Origin: Candidatus Sericytochromatia bacterium
GTDB taxonomy: Bacteria > Cyanobacteriota > Sericytochromatia > S15B-MN24 > JAQBPE01
Assembly (NCBI GenBank): GCA_040400605.1
Contig: JBBAPZ010000005.1
Location: 1-64,000 of the forward strand
DNA: 64,000 nt
Direction of reading: 5' to 3'
Shown here: positions 9,681 through 19,446 of the stretch, piece by piece
Numbering within the stretch: the stretch's first letter is position 1
Layout of the letters: every line of letters begins with the position of its first letter
Made by a program: the position numbers and the translations under genes
Notes under the pieces: model-generated
Told to the model about the DNA's origin: nothing
The model's input: the letters and a program-made list of their open reading frames with translations, nothing else
Database searches by the model: none

Positions 9681-10454
9681 GTGATCAGGGGTTTGTATAC
9701 GTCCAGTGCGGGGATGCAGGTTGAAGCGTTGCGCCAGGAGGCGATCGCTAACAATTTGGCGAATGTGAATACGGTCGGCTTCAAGCGGGATATGGCAGTG
9801 ATTGAGGCTCGGGCTAACTTTGCGGTATCGCGGTTGAACGATCCGGTGGGGCCGGAGATTGATGGTTTGCGGTCTGGCGCGCCCATCGGCGAGCTGGGGA
9901 CTGGTGTCGTGTTGGATCGGGTGGTTAAGCGCTTCGAGGAAGGCAGTCTCATTCAAACGGACGCACCATTGGATTTTGCGCTTGCGGGCGAGGGTTTTTT
10001 CAGTTTGTCGACCCCAGGTGGCGAAACCCTCTTTACGCGTGCCGGGGATTTTACGCGTGATGCCCAGGGTGTTTTGGTCGATAAACTGGGACGTGGTGTG
10101 ATGGGACAAGGGGGGCCGATTACGCTTCCACCCGGCGAAGTGACGGTTGGAACCGATGGCGGGGTGTTCGTCAATGGACAGCTGTTAGACCGCTTGGCCA
10201 TTGTGCGCTTTGCCAATCCGGATGACGATTTGGAGAAGCTGGGCGATGCCGCATTCCGTTATCGCGGGGAGGATGCGCCACAACCTGCGACCGCACAGGT
10301 GTTGCAGGGGAAGTTGGAAGGTTCAAACGTGAATGGGGTCCGCGAGATGGTGGAGATGATCGCCGTGGTGCGGCAGTACGAAGCGAATCAAAAGGCCATC
10401 AGCCATCAGGATGAAACCTTGGCCAAGGCTGTCAATGAAGTTGCGCGTGGGTGA
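9681..10454 (+). CDS. flgF: Flagellar basal-body rod protein FlgF (FlhO-like)
   Basis: MIRGLYT...IANNLANVNTVGFK N-terminus and LEGSNVN...EMVEMI C-terminus. Confidence 0.88.
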   Translation: MIRGLYTSSAGMQVEALRQEAIANNLANVNTVGFKRDMAVIEARANFAVSRLNDPVGPEIDGLRSGAPIGELGTGVVLDRVVKRFEEGSLIQTDAPLDFALAGEGFFSLSTPGGETLFTRAGDFTRDAQGVLVDKLGRGVMGQGGPITLPPGEVTVGTDGGVFVNGQLLDRLAIVRFANPDDDLEKLGDAAFRYRGEDAPQPATAQVLQGKLEGSNVNGVREMVEMIAVVRQYEANQKAISHQDETLAKAVNEVARG

Positions 10455-10566
10455 TCCGTGATCAAGTGTTTGGCGTTATTGTTTTTCGGATTTTTTTTGT
10501 TCGCGACGTCCGCGGCGTAGGTTCAGGTCCGGATGGCGATAACGATGGCCCTTTATTGCAACAGTT

Positions 10567-10606
10567 TTAAAATGCAATTAAAGTTTGGTCCCTGGTGTGT
10601 CGAATC
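10567..10606 (+). promoter_or_regulatory. TTAA-N7-TTAA box overlapping a sigma28-like promoter of flgG
   Basis: TTAA-aatgcaa-TTAA (10567-10581); TAAA-N16-GTCGAATC (10579-10606). Confidence 0.5.
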
Positions 10607-10700
10607 ATGAAGTGAGTAATGTGTCTCCTGTTATGTTGGTTTTGTGATTGGTTTGGGTTCACGGTTGGCGCCTGATGGGGCGTGAAAGGGAACATTCGTT

Positions 10701-11483
10701 ATGATGGGAGCGTTGTGGACGGCTGCATCCGGCATGAAGGCGCAGCAGACCAATCTTGATATCATTTCGAATAACTTGGCCAACGCGAACACGTACGGGT
10801 TTAAAAAGATGCGGGCTGAGTTCAAGGATTTGATGTATCGCACGGCGCGGGCGGCGGGTACGCCTTTGCAGTCTGGAACGCAGTTGCCGGTGGGGATTCA
10901 GTTTGGTATGGGTGTCCATAATTCCGCGACTGCACGCGCATTTGGTCAAGGTGAGTTTCAATTGACCGAGAATCCGTTGGATTTGGTGATTGAAGGCGAT
11001 GGTTTTTTTCAGGTGCAACGGCCTGATGGTACGGTGGCTTTTTCGCGTGATGGGACCTTTAAGTCGGATGGTAATGGTCAGCTGGTTACGTCTGAGGGTT
11101 TATTGATTTTGCCGCAGATTACGGTTCCTCAGGGTGCCAGTAATTTTTCGGTGACGCCGGAGGGGGTTGTCACAGCGACAGTCGGAAATAACATTCAGAC
11201 CTTGGGACAGATTCAAATCGCGCGTTTCGTAAACCCTGCCGGGTTGATGGCGGCGGGACGCAACCTGTTTGTCCAGACGACGGCGTCGGGTGAACCGGTT
11301 TTGCTGAATCCGGGTACCGATGGGATTGGTACACTTGCTCAGGGTTATATTGAAATGTCCAACGTGAAGGTCGTTGAGGAGATGGTGAACCTGATTTTGG
11401 CGCAACGTGCTTATGAAGCCAATTCGAAGTCGGTTCAGACGTCGGATGAGATGCTTGGAATGGCTAATAATCTGAGAAGGTAG
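10701..11483 (+). CDS. flgG: Flagellar distal rod protein FlgG
   Basis: ALWTAASGM, ISNNLAN.NT.GFKK, FKDLMY, EMSNV.VVEEMV, QRAYEANSK; 260 aa. Confidence 0.97.
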   Translation: MMGALWTAASGMKAQQTNLDIISNNLANANTYGFKKMRAEFKDLMYRTARAAGTPLQSGTQLPVGIQFGMGVHNSATARAFGQGEFQLTENPLDLVIEGDGFFQVQRPDGTVAFSRDGTFKSDGNGQLVTSEGLLILPQITVPQGASNFSVTPEGVVTATVGNNIQTLGQIQIARFVNPAGLMAAGRNLFVQTTASGEPVLLNPGTDGIGTLAQGYIEMSNVKVVEEMVNLILAQRAYEANSKSVQTSDEMLGMANNLRR

Positions 11484-11487
11484 TAGC

Positions 11488-11835
11488 ATGTTGGATCCGC
11501 TAGAGAATCAGAGTTTGTCGCGGTCTCGAGATACGAGGCGCGCGCAGCGCGGTTCCCTTGCGCCAACCACCCAGAAACAGAAGGCCTTGTGGAAGGCTTG
11601 CCAGGAGTTTGAGTCTGTTTTGATGGGGCAAATGCTGAAGCAGATGCGTACGGCCGTGCAGACGACGGATCCCCTGAATCAGGGCATGGCCAATGATACG
11701 TGGCGGGATATGCTGGATGATGAGAGGGCCCGCGCGATGGCTCAGGCGGGGGGAATCGGTCTGGCCGATCAAATGTACCGACAATTGGTCAACAATGTCA
11801 GTGCAACCGAGACGGCCAAACGGAACCCCGAATGA
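11488..11835 (+). CDS. flgJ: Short FlgJ (rod-binding/cap domain only)
   Basis: ACQEFES...MLKQMR...DMLDDE...GGIGLADQMYRQL; no muramidase domain. Confidence 0.85.
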   Translation: MLDPLENQSLSRSRDTRRAQRGSLAPTTQKQKALWKACQEFESVLMGQMLKQMRTAVQTTDPLNQGMANDTWRDMLDDERARAMAQAGGIGLADQMYRQLVNNVSATETAKRNPE

Positions 11836-11843
11836 GAATTTGA

Positions 11844-12404
11844 ATGACGAATCTTGCCAACTGCCCACGATGTCAGCGGGTTTTTCAGCGGTCCTCGGAA
11901 CGGAAGGTTTGTCAAGCCTGTGTGATGGCCGAGGAAGAAGCATTGGCAGTCATCAGATCCTATGTTGAAACCCATCCGGGGTGCGGTAAAGCCGAGTTGC
12001 TCCAGTCGCTCGATCTGAATGAGGCGTTCCTTCAGCGGTTGTTGCGTGATGGTCGTTTGGCGGTTTTGGGTGAGGCTGCGGTCGGGTTGTCGGCTGGTTG
12101 TCGTAAATGTGGTGCGCCAATGGTGTCAGGTGGTGACTTTTGCAAGTCTTGCGCAGAGGATCTTGGCCGGGCGTTGCAGGCTTCGGCGCTCAATGTGGGC
12201 GCATTCGGTCGTCCGAATGGTGGGAACGCTGGAGAAGACAAGAGTCTGGCCTTGGTTAAGAGTTTTTTGAGGCGCCATCCCGGTGCCAGTGCCTTGGCCG
12301 TTGAAAAGGCGACGGGGGTAGCGTCGGCTGCTGTGCTGTTATTTTTTGGTGAAGGGCGCTTGAGTGATCTGGGATCGGCAACCAGTGGTCTGCGCGGACG
12401 TTGA
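11844..12404 (+). CDS. YvyF-like flagellar operon protein (Cys/Zn motifs plus HTH-like segments)
   Basis: LANCPRC...CQAC, HPG...GRL, CRKCG...FCKSC; lies upstream of flgM as in Firmicutes. Confidence 0.75.
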   Translation: MTNLANCPRCQRVFQRSSERKVCQACVMAEEEALAVIRSYVETHPGCGKAELLQSLDLNEAFLQRLLRDGRLAVLGEAAVGLSAGCRKCGAPMVSGGDFCKSCAEDLGRALQASALNVGAFGRPNGGNAGEDKSLALVKSFLRRHPGASALAVEKATGVASAAVLLFFGEGRLSDLGSATSGLRGR

Positions 12405-12610
12405 ACGCTTGGCGCCGGGGTGTTGGGGCACGGGCACTGCTCGTATTGGAAGCCTGAAGGCGTGACGCTTTTCACGGTGCCTGAAGTCCTATCTTGCGAG
12501 TCACCCGAAGCGTCGTCGTTGTAGGTCTCTTCGCCTGACCTTGGGGTTGATGTGCTTTTGATGAAGCACAAGTGGCTTGGCCAGGTTCGAAAAAAGTTTT
12601 GAATTTCTTT

Positions 12611-12637
12611 TAAGTTAAAGGCGTGAGCCGTCGATAA
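12611..12637 (+). promoter_or_regulatory. Sigma28-type promoter for flgM-flgN-flgK-flgL
   Basis: TAAG-N15-GTCGATAA. Confidence 0.7.
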
Positions 12638-12715
12638 GAAGATTGGGGTTGGGTAAGGTCATTTCCGCGGTGCGTGCTCGGAAGGTGACTTGGCTTCTTG
12701 AATGAGGTGAGCAAG

Positions 12716-13012
12716 GTGCGGATCTCAAATGAGCAAGCGCAGCAAATTGCTGCGGCACAAAAGATCAAACGCAGCCAAGGTGCGCGAGAAGTTGACGATG
12801 TCAAAGGCGTAACAGGCACAGATGCTGTGGCAGTCTCCAGTCAGGGATTGGCCTTGCAAAAGGCCTTACAGGTGTTGTCCTCGGTACCTGACATTCGCTC
12901 TGACATGGTTGCTGCGTTGAAAGCGCGCGTTGATGCCGGGACTTACGCAGTCAGTGGTCGTGATACGGCACAGAGCATGTTAAAGCACGCGTCTGAGCGG
13001 TATCTGTCGTGA
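12716..13012 (+). CDS. flgM: Anti-sigma28 factor FlgM
   Basis: DAVAVS and PDIRSDMVAALKARVDAGTY motifs; GTG start after GAGGTG. Confidence 0.9.
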   Translation: MRISNEQAQQIAAAQKIKRSQGAREVDDVKGVTGTDAVAVSSQGLALQKALQVLSSVPDIRSDMVAALKARVDAGTYAVSGRDTAQSMLKHASERYLS

Positions 13013-13554
13013 GTGGCTCAGACCTGGTGCAGTGGTCTCCAGACGGGCTGAAACACTTGGATGAACTGGAGACGGTTTTGCAGGCGCAACTGGCTGCCAT
13101 CACGGCGTTGAATCTGTGGCAGCCAAGAAAACTGGGTTTCCTGAAGCTGCATCAATTGGCCGACATTGAAGCGTTCAATCGACAGGAAGAAGAACAGGTG
13201 GGGCGCATCTTGCAATTGGAATCCAGGCGTCAGGTCTTGATGACGTTGTTGCAACACGAAATGGGATTGTTGGACCGCGAGACGGTTGATCTCAGCGCGT
13301 TGTTGGCTGTGCTTCCCGATACTCGGGCGGCACGTTTGGAACAGTTAAGGGAACGTATCTTGTCAGTTGGCGCCCAATTGAGAGAAGCTCAATCGGTGGT
13401 TGCTGACCTGCTCAAGGTATCCTTGGCCTTTGTTCACCACACGATGGATGTGTTTGCGCAGTTGGCACAAGTGGCCCCCAGCACCGGATACGGCGAGAGT
13501 GGTGGCGTGACATCGCATGCGATGGGTAGTTTCTTGCTGGATCAGCGGGCGTGA
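13009..13554 (+). CDS. flgN: Flagellar export chaperone FlgN
   Basis: Helical protein between flgM and flgK; LE.RR motif; C-terminal Y...G...LDQRA. Confidence 0.8.
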   Translation: MSGSDLVQWSPDGLKHLDELETVLQAQLAAITALNLWQPRKLGFLKLHQLADIEAFNRQEEEQVGRILQLESRRQVLMTLLQHEMGLLDRETVDLSALLAVLPDTRAARLEQLRERILSVGAQLREAQSVVADLLKVSLAFVHHTMDVFAQLAQVAPSTGYGESGGVTSHAMGSFLLDQRA

Positions 13555-13584
13555 TCGTTTTGATACGCAAAGGCAGGTGAGCCG

Positions 13585-14994
13585 ATGAATCTCGGATATA
13601 TTACTTCGTTGAAGGGTTTGAGAGCGGCACAGCGACAGCTTGATGTGGCGGGGCATAACGTTGCCAACGCCGAGACTGAAGGCTATTCGCGTCAGAGAGC
13701 GGAACTGATCGGCGGAACACCAATCCCGATGGCCCCGGTGGGGTTTCTGGGTACTGGCGTTGAGGTGGCAGCAATCCGTCGTGTTCGCGACCAATGGGTT
13801 GATTTTCAGTTGCGTGCTGAGTCAGCGAACTTGGGTGAGGCGAATGTCAGACAGTCTATGCTTACGCAAATGGAAGAGGTGCTTGGTGAACCATCGGATC
13901 ACGGCCTCGGCGCTCAGTTGAAAATGTTTTGGGAATCTTGGCAAAATTTGAGTGCGCGTCCCGAGGACCCAGGTTTGCGTTCCAGTGTGCGGCAAAGTGG
14001 TTTGGCGCTTGCGCAGAAGTTTAACGATCTGACGGCTCATTTCGGTGAAATGAGACGGGAAACGCTGGGGCGAATTCGTTCAACGGTCGAGGAAATCAAC
14101 GGCTTGGCAAAGCGTATCGCTGAGTTAAACAATCAGATTGGCCGGGCCAGCGCGGCAACGCCAAACCCGAATGATCTGAAAGATGAGCAGGATCGCTTGC
14201 TGACACGACTTGCAAGCAAAGCGGACATCAGTGTTTTCGAATCACCGTTGAACGGTATGCAAGGTGTCTTCATCGGGGGGCATCCATTGGTGTCTGCGGA
14301 TCGCGCCTACGATCTGTCGACAAAGTTAAAGTTTGACGGAGATGTTTTGTCGGTGCCGTTTGTGGAGTCAGGTATTGTTGCCGCGGTGAAAGGTGGCGAA
14401 CTTGGCGCGTTGTTGGCTGGTTACAATCAAAATTTGTCTGAAACCGATTCCTCTGGCGTGCCCGCCCAAATACACGAACTGGCAAAGGGCGTCATGATGG
14501 CGGTCAATACGGTTCATTCCGCCGGTTACGGTTTGAACGGTTCAACTGGCGTCAATTTTTTCGTTGGGACGAATGCACAGGACATTGCTGTCAACCCTGC
14601 GATCGGTAGCACGCCCGCTGGTTTGGCGTTGGTTGCGGCTGCCGGGCAGAATCCACTCGGTGGTTCAAGTGGTCCCGCCGATAACAGCAGTGCGCGGGCG
14701 CTCGCGGCGTTGCGTCGTTCGCTGAGTTTTGGTTCCGGTACGTTAACACCTGAGGGGTTTTATCAAGAAACCCTGACGCAGCTTGGATTTGAAACATTGG
14801 CGGCCAAGCGTCGTGTGCAGACACAAGATGTTTTGGTCGAATCAATCAAAGAACGGCAGGCAATGGTTTCGCAGGTGTCGGTGGATGAGGAAATGGCCAA
14901 TGTCGTCAGGTTTCAGAAAGCCTATGCGGCATCTGCACGTATATTTAGCACGGTCGAAGACATGTTGGATGTATTGGTGAACCTGGGTCGTTGA
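13585..14994 (+). CDS. flgK: Hook-associated protein FlgK
   Basis: GHNVANAETEGYSRQR and VSVDEEMANV..FQKAYAASAR. Confidence 0.96.
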   Translation: MNLGYITSLKGLRAAQRQLDVAGHNVANAETEGYSRQRAELIGGTPIPMAPVGFLGTGVEVAAIRRVRDQWVDFQLRAESANLGEANVRQSMLTQMEEVLGEPSDHGLGAQLKMFWESWQNLSARPEDPGLRSSVRQSGLALAQKFNDLTAHFGEMRRETLGRIRSTVEEINGLAKRIAELNNQIGRASAATPNPNDLKDEQDRLLTRLASKADISVFESPLNGMQGVFIGGHPLVSADRAYDLSTKLKFDGDVLSVPFVESGIVAAVKGGELGALLAGYNQNLSETDSSGVPAQIHELAKGVMMAVNTVHSAGYGLNGSTGVNFFVGTNAQDIAVNPAIGSTPAGLALVAAAGQNPLGGSSGPADNSSARALAALRRSLSFGSGTLTPEGFYQETLTQLGFETLAAKRRVQTQDVLVESIKERQAMVSQVSVDEEMANVVRFQKAYAASARIFSTVEDMLDVLVNLGR

Positions 14995-15019
14995 TTTTTG
15001 AAGAAAATAGGGGTGCTCA

Positions 15020-15925
15020 ATGCGAATCACGAGTCAAATGATGGTTTCACGGAGTCTTCGTGATGTGGCTCAAAACCTCAATCGTTTGGGCTCCGTGCAG
15101 CGCGATTTGTCGACAGGTCGGCGCATTCACCGTCCCTCTGATGACCCTGCCAGCGCGGCGCGTGCGGAAACAATCAAGACAAATCTGGCCCAGCAAGCGC
15201 AGTACGCGAAGAATATCCAAGCGGCCGGCGAGACACTGGCCTTGACGGACACGACGCTTGGGAGTGTCACCGACACGATGATGCGTTTGCGGCAGTTGGC
15301 AGTTCAGGGTTCCAATGGCGGCCTGTTGCAGGCGGATCGCGAGGCATTGAAGCGCGAGGTTTTAGAAGTAAAGGAATCCTTGCGCAATCTTGGTAATACC
15401 CAAGCCAACGGACGTTACCTTTTCGGCGGCGTCAAGACTCAAACTGAACCATATCCAAGTGATGTGACGTTGAGTCCTGCCGATACCGGCCGTTTGACAC
15501 TTGAAATCGGTCCTGAACTGGTGCTGGATTACAACGTCACCGGTGAGGCAGTATTTGGTTCCACTGCCGCACCCCTGAGTGCTACCAACAGTTTGTTTGG
15601 TGTGATTGACGAGTTCGTGGGTTTTTTAGAGACTGGCACCAGTTCGCAAGTCGTGTCGAATGTCAGCTTGAAGAAGATTTCTGATTGGATGGATCGTATC
15701 GGCGCGGTTCGTGCGGAGGTGGGTAGCAAACAGAACCGACTTTCGTTTGCACAAGCGCGTCTTGAGGATTTACAGGCGAATTTGGAAACCACTTTGGATG
15801 AGATTCAAAATACCGATATCGCGCAGGCGTCGGTGCGGCTTAATCAATATGAGGCAGCGTTTCGCGCATCGTTGGCGGTGGGTGGACGTGCGATTCCGAT
15901 GTCATTGGTTGACTTTTTACGTTGA
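15020..15925 (+). CDS. flgL: Hook-associated protein FlgL
   Basis: MRIT...STGRRI.RPSDDP, GRYLFGG, C-terminal SLVDFLR. Confidence 0.96.
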   Translation: MRITSQMMVSRSLRDVAQNLNRLGSVQRDLSTGRRIHRPSDDPASAARAETIKTNLAQQAQYAKNIQAAGETLALTDTTLGSVTDTMMRLRQLAVQGSNGGLLQADREALKREVLEVKESLRNLGNTQANGRYLFGGVKTQTEPYPSDVTLSPADTGRLTLEIGPELVLDYNVTGEAVFGSTAAPLSATNSLFGVIDEFVGFLETGTSSQVVSNVSLKKISDWMDRIGAVRAEVGSKQNRLSFAQARLEDLQANLETTLDEIQNTDIAQASVRLNQYEAAFRASLAVGGRAIPMSLVDFLR

Positions 15926-15934
15926 GTGTAGAGG

Positions 15935-16405
15935 ATGAAGGCAATGTTGTTTGAAAGCACGCGATTCGGTCAACTGGATATCGCCGATGACAAGGTGATT
16001 CACTTTCCTGCTGGCCTTTTTGGATTTGAGTTGTCGCGAGCCTTTGTGATCATTGATGCGGATGATGTCGCCCCGATGCGTTGGATGCAGTCGGTGACAC
16101 AGCCGGAGGTTGCCTTTCTGATCGTGGAGCCGTTGTTGTTTTTTCCCGATTATCGGGTTAGATTGGCGGAGGAGGATCGTGTCGCGTTGCAATTGGGGGA
16201 TGCCGAGCCGGTTTGTGCTTGTCTTGTCTCGATTCCAGCGGATCCACAGATGATGACGGTCAATTTGATGGGACCTTTGGTCTTTTCGGTTGAACATCGC
16301 ATTGGCAAACAGTTGGTGCTTCATGACAGTCATTATTCAGTACGACAAAGGCTGATTCCCGATGAGGCGTTGGGGGGGCTTGCCCAGCCCGTCTCGGCTG
16401 TATAA
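15935..16405 (+). CDS. fliW: Flagellar assembly factor FliW
   Basis: STRFG, FPAGLFGFE, WMQS, TVNLMGP. Confidence 0.95.
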   Translation: MKAMLFESTRFGQLDIADDKVIHFPAGLFGFELSRAFVIIDADDVAPMRWMQSVTQPEVAFLIVEPLLFFPDYRVRLAEEDRVALQLGDAEPVCACLVSIPADPQMMTVNLMGPLVFSVEHRIGKQLVLHDSHYSVRQRLIPDEALGGLAQPVSAV

Positions 16406-16414
16406 GGGTTGAGT

Positions 16415-16663
16415 ATGCTGGTTTTAACGCGCAAGGCCAATCAGAGCGTCATCATTGGCGATGACATTGAAGTGATTGTGCTGGAAACCAAGGGTGATAC
16501 AGCCAAAATTGGAATTATCGCGCCCAAGCGAGTCAAGGTGTATCGCCAGGAGGTCTATGCGGCAATCAAAGCGGAAAATCAGCGCGCAGCCGAATTGACA
16601 GCGCCCGAGACCGCTTCAACACTTTTGAAAAAGATTTTGCATGCCCGTGGTCAAGACGGATAG
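16415..16663 (+). CDS. csrA: Carbon storage regulator CsrA
   Basis: MLVLTRK...IGI.AP..V.VYR.E with the AENQRAA C-terminal extension typical of FliW-binding CsrA. Confidence 0.97.
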   Translation: MLVLTRKANQSVIIGDDIEVIVLETKGDTAKIGIIAPKRVKVYRQEVYAAIKAENQRAAELTAPETASTLLKKILHARGQDG

Positions 16664-16807
16664 CCCTTTTCGTCCAGGGTACAAACAGCGTATGATGCTC
16701 TTGCGCGATGCAGTTATCATTCGGAATAGATTGCACGGTTTGGATGGGCGCGGGCCGTTCGTTTGCGCCTGATGCAAGGATTTGCTGGGTAGGGGAAGGG
16801 AGCAAAT

Positions 16808-18244
16808 TTGAAACTCCGACATTATACGGCTTCGACGATGCAAGAGGCTGTCATGAAGGTCAAGGAGGATTTGGGCCCTGATGCGATCATCTTGCAGACG
16901 CGCACCTTCAAAAAGGGTGGCTTCTTTGGCTTTTTTGCGAAGGAATATGTTGAAGTCTGGGCGTCTTTGGATGCAACCTCGACGCGTCCAGGTTCAACAA
17001 CTGGACGCCAGACATTTTCACAAAAGGCTGCGGACCCCCGCGACGACAAGACTGTCGGGATAGAGCTCGGGCCTTTGGCGCCGTCAATTGAGCGTGTGAA
17101 TGACGCGAAAGACATCGTCTTACCAAAGTCCTCGTTGGCTGCGTACGGGGATGCCAACGGTTTTTTTGATGAGAATGCGTTTCAAAAGGCTGCTGCGAAC
17201 CGTGCGACGGTGGTACCGGCAACGGTGTCGCTAAATGGAAATGGCTCGGAGAAAGTGTCTGTCAAAGGTGAGATGCCGGTCGTTGCGGGTGATGCTGTTA
17301 GGGTTGAGGCTGGGGCAGAGGGGATTGAAGAGGCGATCGCTTCGGCTGTTCTGGTAGACGAAGTGGCGGAACTGAAGGGTACGGTCGGGGACTTGAAACT
17401 GATGTTGGAGACGGTTGTCTCCAAACTGGATACACAGCCACGAACGATCCCGGAGTTTCCGACTCTGTTACAGGGCATTTATGAGCGTTTGTTGGCGTGT
17501 GATGTATCAGTGGACATCGCGAAGCGTTTGACCGCTTATTTGCAGAAGGAGCACCCTCACCTCAAGGCGCTTGATGCAATGGCGGATGCGTTGGAGGCAC
17601 CGGTCGCGGACATGATTCGAGTCGCGGGCCCGTTGTGCTCCGGGGAGGGGCGCCAGCGGGTGGTTGCGTTGGTTGGCCCGACCGGTGTGGGCAAGACGAC
17701 CACCATTGCGAAGCTTGCTGCCAATTTTGCCTTGACAAAAGATGTCAAGATGGCGATGTTAACCATCGATACTTATCGTGTGGCAGCGATTGAACAATTG
17801 AAGATCTACGGCGATATCATCGGCTTGCCCGTTGAGGTCATTTTGACGCCGCAAAATTTGAAAGAAGCATTGAAGCGGCATGCTGACAAGGAGTTAATCC
17901 TGATTGATACTGCCGGGAGAAGTCCCCAGAATCGACTGCATATCAATGAACTTCGCAGTTTTCTGGATGTTGAGCCTGCTTGTGAGTGTCATCTGGTTTT
18001 GTCGGCCAGTACCCGGTTGTCTGATTTGCGGCAAATCCTCAAGAGTTTTTCTTCAACTGGAATCGACCGCATCATTGTGTCGAAGACAGATGAAACGGAA
18101 GCGATTGGCGGGGTAATCTCGATTGCCAATGAGGCGAATCTGCCAATTTCTTATATCACGACCGGACAGAGTGTACCCGATGATATCCAGGTGGCGGAGG
18201 CGTCTTTGCTGACGCGAATGTTGATACAGGAATTGAAGGGTTAG
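16808..18244 (+). CDS. flhF: Flagellar biosynthesis GTPase FlhF
   Basis: GPTGVGKTTT, DTYR, DTAG, SKTDE, GQSVPDD; N-terminal LGPDAII. Confidence 0.96.
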   Translation: MKLRHYTASTMQEAVMKVKEDLGPDAIILQTRTFKKGGFFGFFAKEYVEVWASLDATSTRPGSTTGRQTFSQKAADPRDDKTVGIELGPLAPSIERVNDAKDIVLPKSSLAAYGDANGFFDENAFQKAAANRATVVPATVSLNGNGSEKVSVKGEMPVVAGDAVRVEAGAEGIEEAIASAVLVDEVAELKGTVGDLKLMLETVVSKLDTQPRTIPEFPTLLQGIYERLLACDVSVDIAKRLTAYLQKEHPHLKALDAMADALEAPVADMIRVAGPLCSGEGRQRVVALVGPTGVGKTTTIAKLAANFALTKDVKMAMLTIDTYRVAAIEQLKIYGDIIGLPVEVILTPQNLKEALKRHADKELILIDTAGRSPQNRLHINELRSFLDVEPACECHLVLSASTRLSDLRQILKSFSSTGIDRIIVSKTDETEAIGGVISIANEANLPISYITTGQSVPDDIQVAEASLLTRMLIQELKG

Positions 18245-18282
18245 ATGCGCGGGCGGATCACAATGACGTGGGGAGACCCCGA

Positions 18283-19245
18283 ATGACGGATCAAGCGGAT
18301 CGCCTTCGCGAGTTGATGCGATTGAATCGTAGAGAGCCTGTCCCTGCCCCTGTCGCAAGCGACACTCAGCCAGAAGATCACCAACAAAGTGTGGGCGTGG
18401 AGGCGTTGGTGCCCGAGACACCTGTGACCTTTGCTGATTTTCAGTCTCGGGTACTGGTTGTCACCAGCGGCAAAGGTGGCGTCGGCAAGACCAATGTAAC
18501 CGTGAATCTCGCGTTGGCCTTGTCAAAACAGAACAAGCGCACCATTCTGTTTGATGCGGATCTGGGCATGGCAAACGTTGATGTCATCTTGGGAGTCTCT
18601 CCCAAGGCGAGTCTTGTTGATGTCATGGAAGGCAAAAAAACGTTGACTGACATCCTTGTCAAAGTGAACGATTACCTCGAAATCGTGCCGGGCGGTTCCG
18701 GTATGCAAGAACTTGCCAATCTGGATCAGAAAGCTTTGGATGGTTTTTTGATCGGGTTGAGGGAACTGGAGCATCGCGCTGATTTCATTCTGGTGGACAC
18801 TGGCGCCGGGATCAGTCGAGCGGTTTTGAACTTCGTGTTGGCGGCGACTGAGGTACTTGTGGTTACCACGCCTGAGCCGACGGCTATCACCGATGCCTAT
18901 GGGTTAATCAAGGTGATTGATCAGCATAACCCGTCCGCGTGCGTGCATCTGCTGGTTAATATGGCCGAAACTGAGCATGAAGCACGCAGTGTGGCGCAAA
19001 AACTGATCATGATCGTGGATCGCTTCCTCGAAATTGAGGTGCGCTATCTGGCGTGCCTCGAACGGGACCCCCATGTCGTTCGCGCCGTTTTGCAACAGCA
19101 ACCGTTTTACCTGGCGTTTCCGAACGGTCCGGCTACCCGGCGTATCAATTCGTTAGCGAACCTGTTGATCAACGATGGCGCAATCCAAGCCCCGGAGTCG
19201 CAATCCGGAGGATTTTTTCAGCGCTTGGCACGCCTGTTTCGTTGA
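18283..19245 (+). CDS. flhG: MinD-like ATPase FlhG/FleN
   Basis: DQA motif, KGGVGKT, C-terminal amphipathic FFQRLARLF; ATG at 18283. Confidence 0.93.
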   Translation: MTDQADRLRELMRLNRREPVPAPVASDTQPEDHQQSVGVEALVPETPVTFADFQSRVLVVTSGKGGVGKTNVTVNLALALSKQNKRTILFDADLGMANVDVILGVSPKASLVDVMEGKKTLTDILVKVNDYLEIVPGGSGMQELANLDQKALDGFLIGLRELEHRADFILVDTGAGISRAVLNFVLAATEVLVVTTPEPTAITDAYGLIKVIDQHNPSACVHLLVNMAETEHEARSVAQKLIMIVDRFLEIEVRYLACLERDPHVVRAVLQQQPFYLAFPNGPATRRINSLANLLINDGAIQAPESQSGGFFQRLARLFR

Positions 19246-19344
19246 CGTACAAATTTCGCACCGCAACCGGGGTGAGCGGGCGCCGTGTGGTTTCAGGCCT
19301 TCAATCCGACCACTTGACAGTTTAACTTACCAGTCGGCACCGAC

Positions 19345-19446
19345 TGTTCAACCTGCCAACAACCGTTCGCTGTTTGAAGTCTCGAACGCGGGTTGGCAGT
19401 TTTCTCAATCCCAGACAGTGAACTATCAGACTAAACGTTTCCGCTG
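19345..19446 (-). repeat. Degenerate ~100-bp intergenic repeat, reverse-orientation copy
   Basis: Starts TGTTCAA, contains AATCCCAGACA and ends ATCAGACTAAACGTTTCCGC, matching the reverse complement of 28821-28920. Confidence 0.5.

Noticed and set aside
16700..16790. Possible extra repeat copies here, at 6055-6100 and at 39345-39420
   Set aside because: They share short blocks (CGGAA, TGGCTG, GAGTCAG, GCCTGATG), but spacing differs too much to call without a profile search
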